64,000 bases of DNA from IMG/VR virus record IMGVR_UViG_3300008448_000044, positions 1-64,000 of that record; one strand, written 5' to 3'. This document shows, piece by piece, positions 56,844-64,000 of the stretch. A model generated the notes under the pieces. The model did not search any database and had not been told where the DNA came from. It saw only the letters and a list, made by a program, of their open reading frames with translations. This stretch comes from a virus. Taxonomy: Duplodnaviria > Caudoviricetes. Position numbers and translations under genes: made by a program. How positions within the stretch are numbered: the stretch's first letter is position 1; each line of letters opens with the position of its first letter.

Positions 56844-58874
56844 TTATTCCCCTTTTTTTGTTCTTACCTTTTTTTCCTTAAGTTTTACTTCATTGTCTTT
56901 AACATAAAGACTATAAGAATTACCCTCGATTATTGACCCCTTAAGAACTTCTTCAGAAATAAAGTCCTCAACTTTATCTTGTATTGCTCTTTTTAATGGT
57001 CTTGCACCATAAGTCTCATCAAAACCAACCTCAGAAATTAAATCCAAAACATCATCAGAATATGAAATTTTGTATTTCAAATTAGTTAATCTTGAAATTA
57101 ATTTATCCATCTCCAATTTAACAATTTGTTTAACTTCTTCTTTTTTAAGAGTGTTGAAAATTATTACTTCGTCAATTCTGTTCAAAAATTCAGGAGCGAA
57201 AAATTTTTGTAACTCCTTCTTTAAAACTGCTCTTTTATGCTCTTCCTCAACGTATGAACTTGAGGACGTTTTGAATCCGACACCTGTACCAAAATCCTGT
57301 AATTTTTTAACTCCAATATTAGATGTCATAATTATAACACAATTTTTGAAATTAATTTTTCTACCTAAACCGTCAGTTATGTGTCCATCATCTAAAACTT
57401 GTAATAATGAAGAAAATATGTCTTTGTTGGCCTTTTCTATCTCATCAAATAAAATAACTGAATACGGTTTGTTCTTAACTTGTTCAGTTAATTGACCTCC
57501 TTCATCGTAACCGACATATCCTGGAGGAGCACCAATTAAACGAGATATTGTATGTTTTTCTTGGAATTCTGACATATCGATTCTTATCATATTGTCTTCA
57601 CTACCGAATATCTCTTTCGCTAATTGTTTTGCTAAATATGTTTTACCAACACCTGTTGACCCTAAGAAAATAAATGAGCCGATAGGTTTGTTAGGGTCTT
57701 TAATACCTAAACGATTTCTTCTAATTGATTTAGCAATTCTTGTAACCGCTTCAGACTGACCTATTACTTTTTTATTTAGACTTTCATCTAATTTTGATAA
57801 CAACTGAGTCTCATTTGAATTTAGTTTAGATACAGGAATTTTAGTCATATTAGAAACCACATCATAAACTAAGTCCTCCGTAACTTCTTTTTTAGAATTA
57901 GTTAGCTCGGACTCAAATTTCTTTTTCTCCAAATCTAATTTATCTAATATTCGTCTTTCTTTATCTCTTAGATTTGCGGCTTCTTCATAGTTTTGTTTTT
58001 TAACAACTTCAATTTTTTCTTGTTTTATATCAGAAGCTTGTTGTTTAAGTTTCTCAATTATTTCAGGAATTTTAACCTCAACCTGACTTCTAGCTCCAAC
58101 CTCATCTAAAATGTCAAACGCTTTATCAGGAAATTCTCTATCTGTAATATATCTTTCAGCCAAATCAACACATAGATTTAAAATTTCATCAGAATAGATT
58201 ACTTTATGATAATTTTCATATCTTTCTTTTGAATTTTTTAAAATCTGAATTGTTTCTTCTTTAGACGCGGAATCAACTATAACTTTCTGAAATCTTCTTT
58301 CTAATGCTCCGTCTTTCTCAAAGTTTTTTCTGTACTCGTCTAATGTTGTCGCTCCAATACATTGTATCTCACCTCTTGCCAATGCGGGTTTAAAAATATT
58401 CGAAGCGTCTAATGACCCTGATGAATTACCTGCGCCAACTATGGTATGAATTTCATCAATAAATACAATTATGTTTGGTGCGTTTTGAAGTTCTTCGATA
58501 ATAACTTTCATTCTTTCCTCAAACTGACCTCTATATTTTGTACCCGCGACAATAGATGTCATATCTAATGAGACAATTTTTTTATCCATCAAATTACGTG
58601 GACACTCTCCATTGAATATTTTTATTGCTAATCCTTCTGCGATTGCAGTTTTACCACATCCTGGCTCACCTATAATAATTGGGTTATTTTTCTTTCTTCT
58701 TGAAAGAATTTGTGCGATTCTATTAATCTCTTGTTCACGACCTATAACAGGGTCTAATTTTCCTTCTTCAGCTAATTTTATCAAATCACGACTGAAATTA
58801 TCTAAAACTGGCGTAGAGGTACTCTCGTTACCTCTGTTTTTATTTTGCCCATCATTATCTTTCGATTCTATCAT
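56844..58874 (-). CDS. clpC: ClpC-type AAA+ unfoldase lacking the N-terminal Clp repeat domain
   Basis: Two NBDs (GEPGCGKT, GSTGVGKT), UVR motif YEEAANLRD, VGF loop, YGARPL. Confidence 0.88.
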   Translation of the reverse strand: MIESKDNDGQNKNRGNESTSTPVLDNFSRDLIKLAEEGKLDPVIGREQEINRIAQILSRRKKNNPIIIGEPGCGKTAIAEGLAIKIFNGECPRNLMDKKIVSLDMTSIVAGTKYRGQFEERMKVIIEELQNAPNIIVFIDEIHTIVGAGNSSGSLDASNIFKPALARGEIQCIGATTLDEYRKNFEKDGALERRFQKVIVDSASKEETIQILKNSKERYENYHKVIYSDEILNLCVDLAERYITDREFPDKAFDILDEVGARSQVEVKIPEIIEKLKQQASDIKQEKIEVVKKQNYEEAANLRDKERRILDKLDLEKKKFESELTNSKKEVTEDLVYDVVSNMTKIPVSKLNSNETQLLSKLDESLNKKVIGQSEAVTRIAKSIRRNRLGIKDPNKPIGSFIFLGSTGVGKTYLAKQLAKEIFGSEDNMIRIDMSEFQEKHTISRLIGAPPGYVGYDEGGQLTEQVKNKPYSVILFDEIEKANKDIFSSLLQVLDDGHITDGLGRKINFKNCVIIMTSNIGVKKLQDFGTGVGFKTSSSSYVEEEHKRAVLKKELQKFFAPEFLNRIDEVIIFNTLKKEEVKQIVKLEMDKLISRLTNLKYKISYSDDVLDLISEVGFDETYGARPLKRAIQDKVEDFISEEVLKGSIIEGNSYSLYVKDNEVKLKEKKVRTKKGE

Positions 58875-58943
58875 ATTAGTCTTTTTTTAAAGTATAATCT
58901 TTAATTTGGTAATTTCAACTCAAATAATCTTATATTTATAAGT

Positions 58944-59288
58944 ATGGGTATGATGAAACATTATAAAAAATATATTGAGACCTTAAAATCCGATGAAGAT
59001 ATTTTAGAAACATATCGAGAGTTAAGAAGAGCGTTTCAAAGAGAAGGATGGACAGAAAAAGATTTAGAAAAACCCCCATATTATCCAAATGATATTATGA
59101 GAAACTTTCAAAAGTTCAGCTCCTTACACAGTAAATTGTTTTCTGAGTTAAAAGGTTTTTTCCCTGATATTGACCATAATGAGTTTGTTGATTATCTTCA
59201 AGATAAATTAAAAGAAATAAATTTAGAAATACCATTAGAAGATGGCGATAGTAAAAGAAGAGATAGTTGGGACGAAGATTTTGAATGA
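58944..59288 (+). CDS. hypothetical protein
   Basis: 114-aa ORF after TATTTATA. Confidence 0.6.
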   Translation: MGMMKHYKKYIETLKSDEDILETYRELRRAFQREGWTEKDLEKPPYYPNDIMRNFQKFSSLHSKLFSELKGFFPDIDHNEFVDYLQDKLKEINLEIPLEDGDSKRRDSWDEDFE

Positions 59289-59484
59289 AATCAAGTCAAG
59301 TAATTTGGCTAAAACCGAATATGATACTGAAACCAAAAAATTAATTGTTGAATTTAATAACGGGGCTCGTTATGAATATGATGAAATCCCACACCAACTT
59401 TATACACAGTTTAGAGTTTCAGAATCCCAAGGTAAGTTTTTCAGTACAAAAATCTCAAAAATATTTAAATACAAGAAACTGTAA
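59242..59484 (+). CDS. KTSC domain protein
   Basis: SSNL...YD...LIVEFNNG.RYEY..IP......SQGKFF. Confidence 0.85.
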   Translation: MAIVKEEIVGTKILNEIKSSNLAKTEYDTETKKLIVEFNNGARYEYDEIPHQLYTQFRVSESQGKFFSTKISKIFKYKKL

Positions 59485-59514
59485 CAAATAAAATTACTCT
59501 AATATTTATGTTTA

Positions 59515-61821
59515 ATGAGTAATTTAAAATCAATATTGAAAAGTTTTCATCTTAGGGATGAATTAAACCCTAAAATTTGGAAAGAAAAGGGTGGAGATAT
59601 TATTATTAACCCTAAAGTTAGAAATAGATTATTGGAAATATCCAATGAATTTATCGAATTCTTAAAAGTTGATGTCATTGTTTCAGATATCATAATGACA
59701 GGTTCATTAGCTAATTACAATTGGTCTAATTTTTCGGACATTGATTTACATATATTGGTAGATTACGAACAATTTAATGCAGCTCAGTTACCCCTATATG
59801 AAGAGTTATTCAAATTAAAAAAAACTTTATTTAACGATAAACACGACATAACAATTTTTGGTTATGATGTAGAATTGTATGTACAAGACGAATCTGAAAC
59901 TCATTTTAGTAGTGGAGTTTTTTCGGTATTAAAAAATGAATGGATTACAAAACCAAAAAAAGAAAATCCTAAAATTGACACCGAATTAATTAAGAATAAA
60001 TCTGAACAATGGATGAAAATAATTGATGGTGTTATTGAATCTGCAAAAGGTGAACCGTTGGATGATGCAAGAAAATTAATTGATAAGTATAAAGATAAAA
60101 TTAAAAAATATAGAACTTGCGGATTAGAAAAAGGTGGAGAGTATTCAGATGAGAATTTAGTGTTCAAAGTTTTAAGAAGAAACAATTATATTCAAAAACT
60201 TTTCGATTTTGAGACAAAACACACCGATAAAGAATTATCCCTTAAAGAAGCAACAACAAACATCGGAGGAACATTTAAAACCGATTTAGAAAACGGACCT
60301 AGAAACCACGGTGGTAGAGCTCTTGGTAATTGGGAGTCAGACAACGCTTGGGACATTTTTTCTCCACCAGGTACTGTTGTAAATTCATATACTGACGGAG
60401 TTGTTTCAAGAATTAGGGATACGGGCAAAAATTCAGGAAAAATCTTTGGAACACAAGTTTCAATATCTGGTGATAATAATTTTCCTGATATTTTTTATAC
60501 TCATTTAAAAAATGTTAATTTAAAAAAAGGTGATAGTGTAAAAGTTGGAGATTATATAGGGGTAATTTCTGAATGGGTTGGACATGAAGGTATGGAACAC
60601 GTTCACATCGGTTTACCAAGAGGAAGGCATTTAAGAGAACTTTTAGTAAACTCAGATAAAATTTTTACAGGTAAAGGGGAAACTTCAGAACCCTCAACAA
60701 CTGAAAAAACAGACCCCGTTGATAATACAACTGTTAATACGTCTATAGTATCATCATTACAAGATTTACTAAATAAATCTGAATTCACATCAGTTAATAA
60801 AGATGAGGTTAACAAAAATTTATCTGAGATTGAAAGTGGTGAAAACAAAATCATGAAAGAGTTTTATGATTTACTTTCAAGTGGTAAAGAATATAAAAAT
60901 TTAAAAGGTGTAGAGTCTTCAATACCAGTAGAACGAGGTGTTGAATTGATACAAACAGGTTTACAGTTTTTAGGTTTCTTATTACCTAAATGGGGTGTTG
61001 ACGGAAAATTTGGTCCTGAAACAGAACAAGCGGTTAAAGAATTCCAACAAAAATATGGTTTAACTGAAACAGGAGTTTTAAATAAAGAAGATTTAACGAA
61101 ATTATTTTCGATTTTAACAATTAAAAACTTTAAAGACTCTAACATGTCAGGGATTGAAATTGAAGGTAACCCTGACACATCAAACATTTCTACAGGAGAT
61201 GTTCAATTGGTAGGTAATTTTGATGCAGTTCAAAAAAATAACATCAAACTTATGATTGACTACATGAACAAAACAGGAATTACTGACCCATTAGCTCAAA
61301 TAGGTATATTATCCGTAATTTCAAAAGAATCTGGGTTCAAACCTAAATCAGAGGTATCATACGCAGGGACTTCCAACTCTAGAATTAGAAGTATTTTCGG
61401 CTCAAGGGTTGCAAAATACTCTGATAGTGAATTAAACGACTTGAAGAGCGACCCTGAGAAATTCTTTAACGTAGTGTATGCAAAAACTGTTGGTAACCAA
61501 GGAGGAGGTGACGGATGGAGATATAGAGGTAGAGGATTCAACCAACTTACAGGTAAAAAGAATTATGAAAAATATGGTAACATGATTGGTAAAGACTTGG
61601 TTGGTAACCCTGATTTAGTTAATGAACCTGACATCGCCGCTCAAGTCGCGGTGGCTTTCTTCACTAAAGGTAAACCCGCAAGTACCTTCCCTAAATTTAA
61701 AGATAAAGTTGATGCCGCAACATATTTTGCGGATATAAATGCGGGTGGAGGTGTAAGTAGTCATAGGTCTAATGCGATTGCCGCGTCAGAAAAGTTTGAC
61801 GTTGCAACTAATATAGCCTAA
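59515..61821 (+). CDS. multidomain protein: nucleotidyltransferase-like + M23 peptidase + PG-binding + GH19-like lysozyme
   Basis: TGSLANYNWS.FSDIDLH; AWDIF...YTHL...HVHIG; GVDGKFGPETEQAVKEFQ; KESG...GDGWRYRGRGFNQLTGKKNY. Confidence 0.8.
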   Translation: MSNLKSILKSFHLRDELNPKIWKEKGGDIIINPKVRNRLLEISNEFIEFLKVDVIVSDIIMTGSLANYNWSNFSDIDLHILVDYEQFNAAQLPLYEELFKLKKTLFNDKHDITIFGYDVELYVQDESETHFSSGVFSVLKNEWITKPKKENPKIDTELIKNKSEQWMKIIDGVIESAKGEPLDDARKLIDKYKDKIKKYRTCGLEKGGEYSDENLVFKVLRRNNYIQKLFDFETKHTDKELSLKEATTNIGGTFKTDLENGPRNHGGRALGNWESDNAWDIFSPPGTVVNSYTDGVVSRIRDTGKNSGKIFGTQVSISGDNNFPDIFYTHLKNVNLKKGDSVKVGDYIGVISEWVGHEGMEHVHIGLPRGRHLRELLVNSDKIFTGKGETSEPSTTEKTDPVDNTTVNTSIVSSLQDLLNKSEFTSVNKDEVNKNLSEIESGENKIMKEFYDLLSSGKEYKNLKGVESSIPVERGVELIQTGLQFLGFLLPKWGVDGKFGPETEQAVKEFQQKYGLTETGVLNKEDLTKLFSILTIKNFKDSNMSGIEIEGNPDTSNISTGDVQLVGNFDAVQKNNIKLMIDYMNKTGITDPLAQIGILSVISKESGFKPKSEVSYAGTSNSRIRSIFGSRVAKYSDSELNDLKSDPEKFFNVVYAKTVGNQGGGDGWRYRGRGFNQLTGKKNYEKYGNMIGKDLVGNPDLVNEPDIAAQVAVAFFTKGKPASTFPKFKDKVDAATYFADINAGGGVSSHRSNAIAASEKFDVATNIA

Positions 61822-61888
61822 TTCTAAATGATAAATGAAGTTTATGATATATTTATTAATAAAATAATTTTTTAAAAAAAATCAAAAA

Positions 61889-63208
61889 ATGGGAGATTTA
61901 AAACCAATTGGTAGTGAAAAACTACAAGGAATGGAAAAAATCAATCGTATGATTGAAATTGCCAGATACAACGAATATATACCAAAACCTATTAATGAGG
62001 ATTCTTCTTCAGAATATAAGAAAATTTTATCAGACGGTAACACATATCAAATTGTAAAAGAAAAAAATGGGTATGTTATTAAAAAAGGGTTGAATGAGTC
62101 TACATCTGACTATATTGAACCTATGAAACATAGAAGATATTTTTCTTCATATTCTCAAGCTTTGAAAAGATTGAACTTAATTGCAAAGGAAGTTAATGTT
62201 AATGAGGGTTTTGACAAAAATCTATCTTTATTCACTGAAAGTGAAGGTGAAGAAAAATACTTTTTAAAACACGAAACTAACGAACAGATGCCAGCCCCAG
62301 CTGCACCTACTCCCGCACCCGCTCCTGCTCCCGCACCTGCACCTGCTCCTGCACCCGCTCCTACTGATGATATGGGAATGGAAGATGACATGGGAATGGA
62401 AGATGAAGTCGATACTCAAGACATGGAAGACGATGAAGAAGAGGTTACGTTTAAAACTATCCAAAAACTAACAGGTAAATTAGGTCAAAAAATTAGAACA
62501 TTTTTATCTAACGAAGAAAATGAAATGACATCTAAGGATATAAAGTACGTTATTAATTCAGTATTATCGGCTTTAGATTTGAACTCGTTAGATGAAGAAG
62601 ATAGAGATGAAATTATGTCTAAATTCGAAGGTGGAGAAGAAGAAATGGGAATTGAAGGTGGAGAAGAAGAAATGGGTATGGAAGCTCCTGAACCTCCACA
62701 ACCTGAAGGTGAAATGGCGGAAGAAGATGATTTCATGAGTGAAAAAGAAAAGGAAAATTTAGTTGCAAGTTTTTTCACTGAAGAAGACGATATGGAGGAC
62801 GACTACCCAAGACATAGAAAACCAGGTGGAAGTAGAGCAACTTCTAAACTTAAACACCGCGGTATTAAAGACGAAGAAGCTAGTAGAATGGAAGAGATGA
62901 TTGAAGGTTTATTCGGTGAGTCTAAGGTAGAAAAAGTATTAACTAAGTATTTCAAAATTGATGAAAAAGAAAGATTGATGTTGGAAGAAAAGAAAAAAGA
63001 AAAAAATATTGAAACTGAAAAAACTAATAAGACAAGGCAAAGAATTAAAAGTTTGTCAGAAAGTATTTCCCAAGAAGTTGCTTCAGCAAAGTTGGTAAAA
63101 AAATACCCTAACGCAAAACTTGTTGGAAAAAATAAAAATAACAAATGTTTAGTTTTTGAAGTACAGAATAAAACTCTTAAAGTAACACCAAAAGGTAGTA
63201 TTATATGA
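61889..63208 (+). CDS. acidic, low-complexity protein with (PA)n linker; scaffold/core-like
   Basis: PAPAPAP repeat, DDMGME repeats, many xxE motifs. Confidence 0.7.
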   Translation: MGDLKPIGSEKLQGMEKINRMIEIARYNEYIPKPINEDSSSEYKKILSDGNTYQIVKEKNGYVIKKGLNESTSDYIEPMKHRRYFSSYSQALKRLNLIAKEVNVNEGFDKNLSLFTESEGEEKYFLKHETNEQMPAPAAPTPAPAPAPAPAPAPAPAPTDDMGMEDDMGMEDEVDTQDMEDDEEEVTFKTIQKLTGKLGQKIRTFLSNEENEMTSKDIKYVINSVLSALDLNSLDEEDRDEIMSKFEGGEEEMGIEGGEEEMGMEAPEPPQPEGEMAEEDDFMSEKEKENLVASFFTEEDDMEDDYPRHRKPGGSRATSKLKHRGIKDEEASRMEEMIEGLFGESKVEKVLTKYFKIDEKERLMLEEKKKEKNIETEKTNKTRQRIKSLSESISQEVASAKLVKKYPNAKLVGKNKNNKCLVFEVQNKTLKVTPKGSII

Positions 63209-63615
63209 GTTTTTTAATTTATGTGAATGAATTAGGACCGAACTATAAAGGAGATAATATTTACGAATTTATTTTCTCAGATAGTATAGAGGACATATGG
63301 GGGGAATCTTGGGAATCAAAACCCGCAAATGGTTATCCTTTACCACCTGATTTAGAACACATAAAAAAAGTCGGAGTATTGAAACACGATATAATTAATT
63401 TTTCAGTGATTCAAAAATCCGATTGGTTATCAATGGTCGATGCGGTTGACGGAGTTATTGCATTGGCTTGGGAAAATGAATCTGATGAGGTTAATTTTGA
63501 ATTAAATAAAAGATTGGTATTCAGATTTGGGGAAACCGAATCTTCCGTAAAAGATAAATTATATGAACGAGACATCGTTTTAGAATTTGAAAAGAAAGTT
63601 GTTTATGAAAACTAA
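63205..63615 (+). CDS. hypothetical protein
   Basis: 136-aa ORF coupled to upstream gene. Confidence 0.65.
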   Translation: MSFLIYVNELGPNYKGDNIYEFIFSDSIEDIWGESWESKPANGYPLPPDLEHIKKVGVLKHDIINFSVIQKSDWLSMVDAVDGVIALAWENESDEVNFELNKRLVFRFGETESSVKDKLYERDIVLEFEKKVVYEN

Positions 63616-64000
63616 CGATAAATTGTTACATTTGTTAAACCATGGTTTTAGTGGTAATCTTCTTGGTGAATTAAACGAATCACAAGTGAATGTTTTATAC
63701 AGAAAACTTGTTGAGTCTAAAAAAGAACTTAAAGAAGCCACCACCAAAACTGAGACCAAAACTTATACTGATTATACATCAGGAGAGGTTAGCACAATGA
63801 AGAGTAAAGGACAATCAATAAATATTCCACAAGGGGGTCAATTACAACCTTTACCTGATGGTGGAATGAGGGTCGTTCAAGAAACTGACGATTTGGAAAA
63901 TGATGATATTGCACTATCATTAGGTGCTAAAGGTGATGACGAAATGGCGTTAGCGTTATCTAATATGGAATTAACCGAAAAATTTGCGTCTAAAGCTCAA
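63605..64000 (+). CDS. hypothetical protein, truncated by window end
   Basis: Open frame MKTNDKLLHLLNHGFSG... to the edge. Confidence 0.6.
   Translation, partial: MKTNDKLLHLLNHGFSGNLLGELNESQVNVLYRKLVESKKELKEATTKTETKTYTDYTSGEVSTMKSKGQSINIPQGGQLQPLPDGGMRVVQETDDLENDDIALSLGAKGDDEMALALSNMELTEKFASKAQ

Noticed and set aside
62290-62405. (PA)n and DDMGME repeats as a regulatory DNA repeat
   Set aside because: In-frame low-complexity protein linker with synonymous variation.

Overview
AT-rich (~30% GC by eye), gene-dense segment of a very large (jumbo/huge) bacteriophage genome. The host is most likely in the Bacteroidota, judging by TAnnTTTG promoters, the absence of Shine-Dalgarno sites and a T9SS type-B C-terminal sorting domain. 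The standard genetic code is used. The window carries host-like proteostasis and metabolic genes (dnaK, a ClpC-type ATPase, SlyD-like PPIase, IMPDH/GMP reductase, mgsA, a thioesterase), a five-gene glycosyltransferase cluster, and an RNA-repair toolkit (Rnl1- and Rnl2-type ligases, PNK-like kinase, HAD, cyclic-phosphate receiver domain, metallophosphoesterases, 2H phosphoesterase). It also carries cell-wall hydrolases, ~29 tRNA genes, a tmRNA, a GOLLD-like ~870-nt RNA and several unassigned structured RNAs. Main finding: each of the two tRNA arrays (32.3-35.8 kb and 36.7-40.7 kb) is preceded by a short leader ORF, an alternative antiterminator/terminator pair and a boxA-like element. The codons of each leader are almost exactly those read by the tRNAs of its own downstream array, down to isoacceptor level. 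This suggests a ribosome-stalling attenuator that switches on phage tRNA synthesis when any of the matching host tRNAs is depleted or cleaved. Other notable items are a circularly permuted tRNA-Asn/Y-RNA-like element, a family of anticodon-less tRNA mimics, and rrn-like tandem promoters with boxB/boxA driving the giant ncRNA. All family assignments come from motif recognition by eye; no database searches were run.
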